Positions 1-7,497 of a DNA stretch of 64,000 nt are shown here, piece after piece. Made by a program: the position numbers and the translations under genes. Position 1 is the stretch's first letter. The number at the start of each line of letters is the position of its first letter. Source of the DNA: a virus; IMG/VR virus record IMGVR_UViG_3300025151_008277, positions 1-64,000 of that record; one strand, 5' to 3'. A model generated the notes under the pieces. That model did not search any database and was not told the DNA's origin. It saw nothing but the letters and a program-made list of their open reading frames with translations.

Positions 1-1
1 G

Positions 2-175
2 CAGCATACCATAGAGATTATGAGCGGTGAGCTGCATCGTTATAAATTTCCAGAAGGTCATGAAAAGCGCTGGAATCATAAAATTGATCAGCATCGTCCT
101 GATGATAACAGCACGTTCGAATTCAAGTATGAACGTTATGAAGATAGAGTAAAAGCGCGTGAAGCACGCGCTTAA
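2..175 (+). CDS. 3' end of hypothetical protein (partial, runs in from left edge)
   Basis: Open frame from base 2 (QHTIEIMSGELHRYKF...KAREARA) to TAA at 173-175. Confidence 0.6.
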   Translation, partial: QHTIEIMSGELHRYKFPEGHEKRWNHKIDQHRPDDNSTFEFKYERYEDRVKAREARA

Positions 176-264
176 CGCTCGGTTATAGTTTATATCGCGA
201 AAATTAACTGAAAAAAATCAGCTGCGGATCGCTAAACCATTGTAGCTACAAGGCAACAAAGTTG

Positions 265-293
265 TTGCCGAAACCCGCAAAAGCCGCCATAAT
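265..293 (+). promoter_or_regulatory. sigma70-type early promoter, copy 1
   Basis: TTGCCG-17 nt-CATAAT followed by ATT; same architecture at 574 and 826. Confidence 0.8.
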
Positions 294-324
294 ATTGGTG
301 TTGTTGATAGAACGATAGAGAAAC

Positions 325-549
325 ATGATAACGATAGATACTAAGACGATAGAGATGACGATTGATAATCATAAAGAAGCGCATGATGATAACAATATGG
401 ATGTCATCGCAGAGCTTGATTCTAATCTGCATGAGATTAGAGAATTATTGAATAAGATTCAATACATGAGTGATTATAAAGCTAGCGCTGCAAGTGAATT
501 GATTATTGAAGCGGTAGAAGATGTTTACGATTACATCCGCGAGCGGTAA
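325..549 (+). CDS. small acidic hypothetical early protein
   Basis: 74-aa ORF directly after promoter copy 1. Confidence 0.7.
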   Translation: MITIDTKTIEMTIDNHKEAHDDNNMDVIAELDSNLHEIRELLNKIQYMSDYKASAASELIIEAVEDVYDYIRER

Positions 550-573
550 AGTAAAAGTAAAGTAAAAAAACAG

Positions 574-602
574 TTGCCGAAATCCGAGCTAGAGCCGATA
601 AT
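574..602 (+). promoter_or_regulatory. sigma70-type early promoter, copy 2, with A-rich UP-like tract
   Basis: TTGCCG-17 nt-GATAAT, preceded by GTAAA repeats and an A tract (546-570). Confidence 0.8.
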
Positions 603-615
603 ATTCGAAGTTGAT

Positions 616-822
616 ATGACAAAGCAAACCGAAACGATAGAGAATGTGCTGTGCGAGATGGAAGATATTGGTCTCGTTGATAATGATAATAGCAAATACA
701 ATCTTGCAAATGAATTGCGCTGCTATATGGGAGAAGATGATTTTTATAAATTTCTAGAGTGGTCGTGCCAAGTGTGGGGCTTTGATAATCTGAGCCAGCA
801 CTTCGCATCAGCCGAAAAATAA
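616..822 (+). CDS. small hypothetical early protein
   Basis: ATG at 616 just after promoter; the TTG start at 574 in the ORF track is the -35 box. Confidence 0.7.
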   Translation: MTKQTETIENVLCEMEDIGLVDNDNSKYNLANELRCYMGEDDFYKFLEWSCQVWGFDNLSQHFASAEK

Positions 823-825
823 CAG

Positions 826-854
826 TTGCCTAAAACCGCAGAATATCCGATAAT
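826..854 (+). promoter_or_regulatory. sigma70-type early promoter, copy 3
   Basis: TTGCCT-17 nt-GATAAT preceded by AAAAATAACAG. Confidence 0.8.
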
Positions 855-861
855 ATTTGAG

Positions 862-1023
862 ATGATGAAAGAGATCAAACTAACAGAAAAAGAACGAGAT
901 AACTTGAACAACTGGTACCGTTGGGGCCAGAGAATGAGCTTCCTGAAAGCTATCCATCGTGAACTTGAACCTAAGAAAGCTGCTATGGAAGAAGCTCGCA
1001 AGTTCATCGGCATTACTAACTAA
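862..1023 (+). CDS. small hypothetical early protein
   Basis: ATG at 862, 7 nt after the -10 box; MMKEIKLTEKERDNL... Confidence 0.7.
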   Translation: MMKEIKLTEKERDNLNNWYRWGQRMSFLKAIHRELEPKKAAMEEARKFIGITN

Positions 1024-1063
1024 TCTAACTTAACCTTTAAATCTAAACTTACTTAATAATAAT

Positions 1064-1531
1064 ATGAAAGCACCTAAACTTACATGTGTCATTACCGGTC
1101 AGAGTCGCGTTACTTCTGAGAACTACCTGAAGCAAAAAGCTGATCGTCTTGGTAAGAGCGTTAGCTGGCTTCTTGAGAACTATATTAGCAAGCACGTATG
1201 CAGCCGTCTTCGTAAGGGAGTTAAGCTCAGCGAGATTACTGATAACGTTATTGCTGATCATCGCCTTACTGACCTCGTCAAGAATAACAGTAAGTGCCGT
1301 GAAGAGTTCTCTTTCGTAGATGGTGTCTATACTCCATCTAAAACCAAAGCCCCTAAGGTAGCTAAAGCCCCTAAGGCTGATACTGCTACTGAAAGCAAAG
1401 TAACCACGTTAGAAGAGGTCGTTGCTAAAGCTACTGATTCTTATATTCAAAAGAAAGTAGAAGAGCCTGTTAACCATAAAAGCACTGACGAAGTGATGAA
1501 CGATATGGTTAATAACAGCAACCCGTTCTAA
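1064..1531 (+). CDS. hypothetical basic protein with Ala/Lys/Pro-rich linker
   Basis: 155-aa ORF, KAPKVAKAPKA repeat, codon choice typical of highly expressed genes. Confidence 0.8.
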   Translation: MKAPKLTCVITGQSRVTSENYLKQKADRLGKSVSWLLENYISKHVCSRLRKGVKLSEITDNVIADHRLTDLVKNNSKCREEFSFVDGVYTPSKTKAPKVAKAPKADTATESKVTTLEEVVAKATDSYIQKKVEEPVNHKSTDEVMNDMVNNSNPF

Positions 1532-1540
1532 TAACACTCG

Positions 1541-1580
1541 GAGAGCGCTACACTAGAGAGATCTAGACTGTAGCGCTCTC
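1541..1580. repeat. inverted repeat/hairpin
   Basis: GAGAGCGCTACA (1541-1552) pairs with TGTAGCGCTCTC (1569-1580); inner CTAGA/TCTAG stem; no U tract. Confidence 0.85.
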
Positions 1581-1712
1581 TAGAGACTCTTAAGTACGAG
1601 AATCTGCTATATATAGAAACCCAAAAAAAGGGTATAGAAATCCCATGGGAAAAATTTTTTTGCAAAATTTAGGTGGTTTTTGGTATTAGGATTTGATATA
1701 ATAAATAATGTT

Positions 1713-1814
1713 ATGAGTAAAAGACAAACTGTAAGAGAGACAACTAAGAATGGAATCAGAACACGTAAGACGGTAACTGTTACTAAGAAGCGTGTTGGTA
1801 AGAGGAAGAAGTGA
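1713..1814 (+). CDS. 33-aa highly basic peptide (not in ORF track)
   Basis: MSKRQTVRETTKNGIRTRKTVTVTKKRVGKRKK*, preceded by ATAAATA box; TGATG overlap with next gene. Confidence 0.6.
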   Translation: MSKRQTVRETTKNGIRTRKTVTVTKKRVGKRKK

Positions 1815-2104
1815 TGGAAGTACAAGAAATTATTAAACAAGCATCTGGAGTACTGTTATCTGTATGTTTCGCTATTGCATACTTTCCACAGATTATCAGA
1901 ATGATTAGGAATAAGAGCTCACGAGATGTATCATTAGGTATGCTGATTCTCAACCTTGTGGGTTATTCTTCAGGATTAATCTATGTTACATCCAATGAGA
2001 TTGCTAGATTCTGGGTAGTGGTTAACTATACGTCTGGTATTGTGATGACTATACTGACTGTATTTTTCTGGAAGTACTATATTAGAAAGGAAATTGACCG
2101 ATAG
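1814..2104 (+). CDS. SemiSWEET / PQ-loop family small transporter
   Basis: Three hydrophobic segments, motif YFPQIIRMIRNKSSRDVS (PQ-loop). Confidence 0.85.
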   Translation: MEVQEIIKQASGVLLSVCFAIAYFPQIIRMIRNKSSRDVSLGMLILNLVGYSSGLIYVTSNEIARFWVVVNYTSGIVMTILTVFFWKYYIRKEIDR

Positions 2105-2178
2105 GATGGCGAAGATGGTGATTAGAATTAGGAGCCGCCGGGTAAATATAATTTGCGTGCCGGAGAGGAAGAAGAGAT

Positions 2179-2310
2179 ATGAACGAGAAAGTGAGGAAGA
2201 TACGGGTTGTTATACCGTGGAATACAGGGACAAGGCGACATAAGCCAAAGAAGGGTAAGGGATCTTATAATCGAAAGAAAAAAGGTGGTTTCGGCCGCCT
2301 TTTTTTATAA
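2179..2310 (+). CDS. arfA: ArfA-like alternative ribosome-rescue peptide, 43 aa (not in ORF track)
   Basis: MNEKVRKIRVVIPWNTGTRRHKPKKGKGSYNRKKKGGFGRLFL*; KKGKGSYxRK is the ArfA signature; purine-rich leader GGAGAGGAAGAAGAG. Confidence 0.7.
   Translation: MNEKVRKIRVVIPWNTGTRRHKPKKGKGSYNRKKKGGFGRLFL
2281..2306 (+). terminator. intrinsic terminator inside the arfA-like CDS
   Basis: AAAGGTGGT-TTCG-GCCGCCTTTTTTT: GC stem with UUCG loop and U tract ending before the TAA at 2308-2310. Confidence 0.8.
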
Positions 2311-2313
2311 ATA
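2306..2313 (+). promoter_or_regulatory. T4-type late promoter
   Basis: TATAAATA 5 nt upstream of ATG 2319; gp55-like sigma encoded in window. Confidence 0.7.
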
Positions 2314-2318
2314 TTTTT

Positions 2319-2747
2319 ATGCAAAACCCTCGAAGGCGACGACCTGTCGCAAGAAGATCCCCGGTAAGGACATTAATTACTAATTTACAGAAGTCCTTAA
2401 GAGAAATTGAAGAACGTCTACAAGCAGTAGAAGAAGAATTATACGACAGAGATGAGTATGATATTGAGTTTGAACTAGAGGAAGAGGATGCAGGGATAGG
2501 GATTGGTTCAAGTGCTCAAGTAGAAGAGCTTGGTCAACAGCTTATTAATATATTAGCTGCACAACAGTGTCAATGTACTGGTAATATAGGTATAGGTAGT
2601 TCAGTACCAGCATGTTCTGTAGTAGAAGACTTTTCTGCATGTTGTAGCCAACCAACCGGTATTGGAAGTAGTTCGGTTGGAGTCGGTAGTAGTTCCGCGG
2701 ATACTTGTAGTTTCTGTGGATCTTATTGTGATTGTTGCGGTTGTTAA
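2319..2747 (+). CDS. hypothetical protein with Cys-rich GIGSS/GVGSS repeats
   Basis: Basic N-terminus, coiled coil, acidic stretch, repeated G(I/V)GSS and C-terminal CSFCGSYCDCCGC. Confidence 0.75.
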   Translation: MQNPRRRRPVARRSPVRTLITNLQKSLREIEERLQAVEEELYDRDEYDIEFELEEEDAGIGIGSSAQVEELGQQLINILAAQQCQCTGNIGIGSSVPACSVVEDFSACCSQPTGIGSSSVGVGSSSADTCSFCGSYCDCCGC

Positions 2748-2793
2748 ATAAATAGCTTGCAAAATACAAAACATATACTATAAATATTAAGGT

Positions 2794-3513
2794 ATGAAGA
2801 AAACATTACTATTGATTGGTGCAATGGTCGTTAGTCTTAACGTCTTTGCGCAGACAAATGAGCTAAAGATTGCTAAGCCTAGCATCTCATTGGAAGCAGG
2901 CTATGTGGATCGTTTATTTAGCAAAGGTGTATCCTACACTAGTACTGCATCACAGTATCTCGGTTTAAACTTAGCTTCTCCAGCGGAGAACAACTTTATC
3001 CCAGTAGATATCTATGGTGGAGGATTGCTTCTCACTGAGAACACAGATTCCTTTTGGACTGTAGGTCTTGGTAAGGATATCAAGCTAGGAGGGTCTGATA
3101 AGTATAAACTACGTATTGACACAGCATATGCTACTCGTAAGACTGATTTAGACGAGCCAGCTAACAACGAAGTATCAGGAACCATTGCTCTTGTTAATCC
3201 ATTTGTGACACCATATATTGGTTATACTAGGGATTGGAAGATTGAGCAGAACGGTTTCACGCTAGGTGTTAAACGTGATTTTACTGTTAGTGATTGGCTA
3301 ACAATCTCACCTAATGCTGCATATCATACGTTTGACGACTATGAGTCTATTGAGTTATCTACTCGTCTTTCTGTAACTAAGTGGAGACAATTGACTCCGT
3401 TTATTGAAGGTCGTTATGTTGATAACAATTTCGACAAAGCATCGTTTAACTGGGCTTCTTATGAGGCTTCAGGAGACACAACTTGGTTAGCAGGTTTATC
3501 TTTAAACTTCTAA
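2794..3513 (+). CDS. outer-membrane beta-barrel (porin-like) protein
   Basis: Signal peptide MKKTLLLIGAMVVSLNVFA, amphipathic beta strands, C-terminal WLAGLSLNF beta-signal. Confidence 0.85.
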   Translation: MKKTLLLIGAMVVSLNVFAQTNELKIAKPSISLEAGYVDRLFSKGVSYTSTASQYLGLNLASPAENNFIPVDIYGGGLLLTENTDSFWTVGLGKDIKLGGSDKYKLRIDTAYATRKTDLDEPANNEVSGTIALVNPFVTPYIGYTRDWKIEQNGFTLGVKRDFTVSDWLTISPNAAYHTFDDYESIELSTRLSVTKWRQLTPFIEGRYVDNNFDKASFNWASYEASGDTTWLAGLSLNF

Positions 3514-3533
3514 TCTATTATAAATGAAATCGG

Positions 3534-3561
3534 AAAGAGCGGCTTCGGTCGCTCTTTTTTT
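3534..3561 (+). terminator. intrinsic terminator
   Basis: AAAGAGCGGC-TTCG-GTCGCTCTTTTTTT. Confidence 0.9.
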
Positions 3562-3562
3562 G

Positions 3563-3590
3563 TGGACTGTATTCGGAAACGCTATATAAT
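3563..3590 (+). promoter_or_regulatory. sigma70-type promoter, near-leaderless
   Basis: TGGACT-16 nt-TATAAT, ATG 8 nt downstream. Confidence 0.65.
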
Positions 3591-3598
3591 ATTGTTAT

Positions 3599-3841
3599 AT
3601 GAAATGTTCTTGTGGTAATGAAGTAGAGGCTGCTAGGGTTGAATTTGGCTTTAAGAATTGTAAGTCATGTGCTTTTTCTAACCCTGTATCTAAATATAAA
3701 GGAACTATGAACTGGTCGCATAAGACTGCTCCTACTATTCAGGTGATGACTGCTGAGTGCTTTGCTGAGCAGAAGAAATACTATATGCCTAATGGAGCAC
3801 GTAGCGCAGTTAAGAACTTCAGCAAGCATGTATGTGCGTAA
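3599..3841 (+). CDS. C4 zinc-finger protein, DksA/TraR-like finger
   Basis: CSCGNEVEAARVEFGFKNCKSC resembles the CxxCGxxIxxxR...CxxC finger. Confidence 0.6.
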   Translation: MKCSCGNEVEAARVEFGFKNCKSCAFSNPVSKYKGTMNWSHKTAPTIQVMTAECFAEQKKYYMPNGARSAVKNFSKHVCA

Positions 3842-3847
3842 ATAATT

Positions 3848-4066
3848 ATGAGTATGAATATCAGTGAATTCGAACGAGCTAAACCAACGTTAACTTATCA
3901 AGCGATAGAGAGTGCTATCAATAAGTATCAAACCTTATTAGAAAAATATCAGTATGGTAATCAGCAATTGATTATGGAGAATGCTGATGCTGTGACTATA
4001 CAATGTTATAGGGAGTTTATTGCTGACCTAAACAATATTAAAAGTCATTTTCTATCTGGACGTTAA
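3848..4066 (+). CDS. hypothetical protein
   Basis: 72-aa ORF converging on the structural block. Confidence 0.7.
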   Translation: MSMNISEFERAKPTLTYQAIESAINKYQTLLEKYQYGNQQLIMENADAVTIQCYREFIADLNNIKSHFLSGR

Positions 4067-7000
4067 TTACAAGTACAGCAGGTCTGTGCGCTAGTTGTAC
4101 CTGCACCCACAACAACAGGAGCTGGTAATACTTCTTCAGGTTCTACCTTTCCTAAGTTGACTGTTTTTAGCGTATCATAATAAGGGGTTACTTTCGGTAG
4201 CTCCTTTTTAATTTCATCTCTCAATTTTTGTTTTAACGTCTCATCTGTTATACCGAGATTTTTAATATCAACATCATACGTGTTGGTATTTTTTTCTGGT
4301 AATCCAAATTTGTAGACCTGATCTATCGTGTCAATGTAGGTTCTCTGACCAATTGGCAGTGACCACACCGTGTCTCTGTCAAAACTATGGTAATTATAGT
4401 GAGACCTGATTTCATAGTAGTCTAGCACGCGCCCATACATTTTAAACCCTTTGAGCTTTAGGTCTCTCAATAGATACTTACCTAATTGCTGTAATCTACT
4501 TGAAAAGTTCAGATAGTAGGGAGTGCTTAAGGCTCCTATGAAGACTCCAGTCCCCAGTGGATTGTCGAGTAAAAAGGTACCAGGACTGAAGGTTTCACGT
4601 TGATACTTGTGTCCGTTCACATAAAGGTCCATCCAACCCTGTTTCATGCTAACATTTATCGCGAAATGATTGTATCCGCCATTGAGTTGAGTTATGTCAT
4701 ACTCTATATGAGCTTCAGTTTTCTTAAATCCACCTGTCTTAGTAAATTTAGGTTTCGCCTTTAATACAATCTTGAAAGTATTTTTACATGCGTTATATTT
4801 TTTGAGGAAATAATAACTTGTTATCGTCTTAGTAAGATTGAGATTATTTATAACTCTTGATCCTAAGCTTCTTGTTTTTGATAAATTGAAGTCTTTATCG
4901 ACTTTATGTAATACTGTCTTATTAGAAAACGTTTCTACGATCAAATAATACTTAACATAATTTTTACCTTCAAAGTCTAAAATGACATCAATATACTTTT
5001 TAGAGTCTCTATCTAAGAAAGTTAAGTCTTTAAATGTTACTAACTCTCTAGAATTTTTAAATTTAGAAATTCTAATACCATCATGTATTGTTATAATAAA
5101 ATCCTCATCATCTACAATTACATTACTAATAAAAGACTCCGTACTACCGCCAGATACTTTCACAGTATTTTTAGTATTGTTAGCGTATTTGTTTTTATAT
5201 AATAAATTATATCTTATATTTCTTTCAGTAGGGGATTGCTGTCTAATAGTAAATGTATTTTTATTACTATCTATAGCGATTTCATTTCCTGTATCAAGTT
5301 GCGAATCTGCTTTGAAGAAATTAACATTATTAGTTTCTTTATTATCACCATCTGGCCCGACATACAGCTTATGTTTGTCTCCCAGGCTATCAGCGCTTAC
5401 AGTGCGTTTGAGATGAGTACTATTATTTGTAGAATCATAAAAGAAGTATCCTTTACTTCCTGATGGATTAAATGCCGCATAGAATCTATCTTTAGTAACG
5501 TCAATGTCGTCAATTACTAAACTACTGTAACCTGATAAGTCTACGACTTTACTAACTAAGTTGGGATTACTATTATAAATGTATATTACGTTGTTTTCAC
5601 CTAAAACATAAAACTCGCTGAAGTTATCTTTTCTCGCTATGCCTTTAATTTTTACTGGTTCATTATTTTCTAAAACCTCTATTTCATCGTAGATTTCTAA
5701 GTCGTTATTTAATAGAAGTATTTTATTACCTTGCGGTAAGAATATATTAGGTGTAACGAAATCTGTATTAAATATACCAAAGCCTTCTTCAAAGTAATTA
5801 CCTAACAGCTTATAACCTAAAGGTAAGGAAAAGTCTTGAGCGCTTAACCAGAAAGATAATGACATATCACCGTTGTGATCTGTTTTAAACTTACTAAATC
5901 TATTACCATCAAAATCTATTTCAATATCATTCTTAACATTATTAAATGTAGCAACAGAGCCTTTCTTAGTTAGTATCTCCATATCTCTTGACAGCTCAAA
6001 GCTACTTAAAGAGTTTATATGGTTAGCATAATCCAACTCTCCTATATGATAATAAGCATAGTCATTATTTTTTTCAAATGTCAAACTAGAGCTTAAATCA
6101 AATACATAAGTAGATTGAGCTCCTGCTGCAGTTACTGTATTTGTAAATGATGTACCTGATATTGTAGATAATGCTGTGTTAAAATCTTTCGCATCTGGAT
6201 TATAGTATCTATCCATCCAAAGTTTATCACCGCTAGTATTACCTGATAACCAACTACAAAGATATGTAGCGTTTATATCATCTGTAAAATTATTATTTTT
6301 AAAATCAATTCTGCGTTTAAAAACTTTATCTGATATTAAAGGGTGGTTACCTGCTACTGCTCCTAAGTGATCAATTTTTGAATCATTGATATTCAATTTT
6401 GTATAAGGAGATAGACTAGACGGTGTTGTAAAGTAAGTTAATTTAGATGGTGGAAAATGGACATCTTTCGTACCTATATTATATGATAGATATACTTTGT
6501 CATATCCTTGATTCTGTACATTACCAGTAAATAACTTTTCGTATTGTCTGTTTAAATTAGTGGGTTGAGAGTTATAATGATTATTGTTCGAGTAAAACTC
6601 TTCTACCGTAGCTTGGTTTTTCAACGGTAAAACATCTAAACCAACTTCCCAGTTATCATTATACTTTAATGTATAATTATTAGAAAAACCTAGGTAGTTA
6701 TTACTTACACTATTTGTAGTTGTATTTAAATTTAAACCAATATTGTCTTTGTTATAACTTGATAAGTAAAAACTAAAAGTATTATTAAGAGCTCCTTTGA
6801 GTCTAGTAAGAGTATTTCTTTTTATTTCAAACACAGAACTTACAGCATTACCAGCTGATGTTCCGGTTAACTCTACACTACCAGAGTTGAAAATTAATTG
6901 ATATTTTTCTAAAGGTTTGTCTAGGTCTTTTACAGGAAAAAGTTTTACCTTTTCATCTTCAATAACGTATTCAAATAGATGAGAACTTAATGTAGGTACT

Positions 7001-7497
7001 TCTCCTGATAACTTTATTGTTTCGGCAGAACAGTAACCGTAATAAGTTTTATCATTTATCTCTTTTGTAATATATAAGTATCTATTAGTACTAATATTAA
7101 GAGTAAAAAAGTATTGAGAACTTAAAGTACTAAAACTACTATCAGCAGACAGCTTTGACGATGTAATAGCGGTAACAGCTGTAGATGTTGTAGACTTAGC
7201 GTAAAATGTTCCTGCGTTAGAAATATTTTTTATGTAGGTAGTAAACTTAGAATCACTCTGCAACGTATACGGAGTTTTTAAGCTCATAACAGAGCTCAAG
7301 CTATATAAGTCAGACAAGTAGTAAGATGTATTATAGTTAGTAGTTCTATCGCTAATATTTTCAAACAAGTTATATGTTTGTAAACGTAAACCGAAGTTGT
7401 AGTTTTCTACGTTACCTTTGAACAGTAAATTTTTATCCGATGTGTGTTTCATCGTTACCGGTTTTACTGACTCTGTATCAAAGGTAAATATTTTCAT
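4063..7497 (-). CDS. large virion structural protein (tail/baseplate), LamG/ConA-like and propeller-like segments
   Basis: 1144 aa, Ser/Thr/Asn-rich, SLSFWL and HFAINV..MDLYVNG LamG-like motifs; within baseplate cluster. Confidence 0.7.
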   Translation of the reverse strand: MKIFTFDTESVKPVTMKHTSDKNLLFKGNVENYNFGLRLQTYNLFENISDRTTNYNTSYYLSDLYSLSSVMSLKTPYTLQSDSKFTTYIKNISNAGTFYAKSTTSTAVTAITSSKLSADSSFSTLSSQYFFTLNISTNRYLYITKEINDKTYYGYCSAETIKLSGEVPTLSSHLFEYVIEDEKVKLFPVKDLDKPLEKYQLIFNSGSVELTGTSAGNAVSSVFEIKRNTLTRLKGALNNTFSFYLSSYNKDNIGLNLNTTTNSVSNNYLGFSNNYTLKYNDNWEVGLDVLPLKNQATVEEFYSNNNHYNSQPTNLNRQYEKLFTGNVQNQGYDKVYLSYNIGTKDVHFPPSKLTYFTTPSSLSPYTKLNINDSKIDHLGAVAGNHPLISDKVFKRRIDFKNNNFTDDINATYLCSWLSGNTSGDKLWMDRYYNPDAKDFNTALSTISGTSFTNTVTAAGAQSTYVFDLSSSLTFEKNNDYAYYHIGELDYANHINSLSSFELSRDMEILTKKGSVATFNNVKNDIEIDFDGNRFSKFKTDHNGDMSLSFWLSAQDFSLPLGYKLLGNYFEEGFGIFNTDFVTPNIFLPQGNKILLLNNDLEIYDEIEVLENNEPVKIKGIARKDNFSEFYVLGENNVIYIYNSNPNLVSKVVDLSGYSSLVIDDIDVTKDRFYAAFNPSGSKGYFFYDSTNNSTHLKRTVSADSLGDKHKLYVGPDGDNKETNNVNFFKADSQLDTGNEIAIDSNKNTFTIRQQSPTERNIRYNLLYKNKYANNTKNTVKVSGGSTESFISNVIVDDEDFIITIHDGIRISKFKNSRELVTFKDLTFLDRDSKKYIDVILDFEGKNYVKYYLIVETFSNKTVLHKVDKDFNLSKTRSLGSRVINNLNLTKTITSYYFLKKYNACKNTFKIVLKAKPKFTKTGGFKKTEAHIEYDITQLNGGYNHFAINVSMKQGWMDLYVNGHKYQRETFSPGTFLLDNPLGTGVFIGALSTPYYLNFSSRLQQLGKYLLRDLKLKGFKMYGRVLDYYEIRSHYNYHSFDRDTVWSLPIGQRTYIDTIDQVYKFGLPEKNTNTYDVDIKNLGITDETLKQKLRDEIKKELPKVTPYYDTLKTVNLGKVEPEEVLPAPVVVGAGTTSAQTCCTCN

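Noticed and set aside
546-570. GTAAA short tandem repeat as CRISPR or iteron
   Set aside because: Too short, no spacers; best explained as A-rich UP element
232-1261. Minus-strand ORFs 232-432, 503-808, 744-1013, 1049-1261
   Set aside because: Antisense shadows of promoter-backed plus-strand genes
2102-2182. Three in-frame TAG codons after the SemiSWEET stop, suggesting amber recoding
   Set aside because: Core genes across the window are full length in the standard code and TAG ends other genes cleanly
2106-2243. Alternative 45-aa ORF (MAKMVIRIRSRR...) overlapping the ArfA-like frame
   Set aside because: No recognisable motif; overlaps a frame with a strong family signature; not fully excluded
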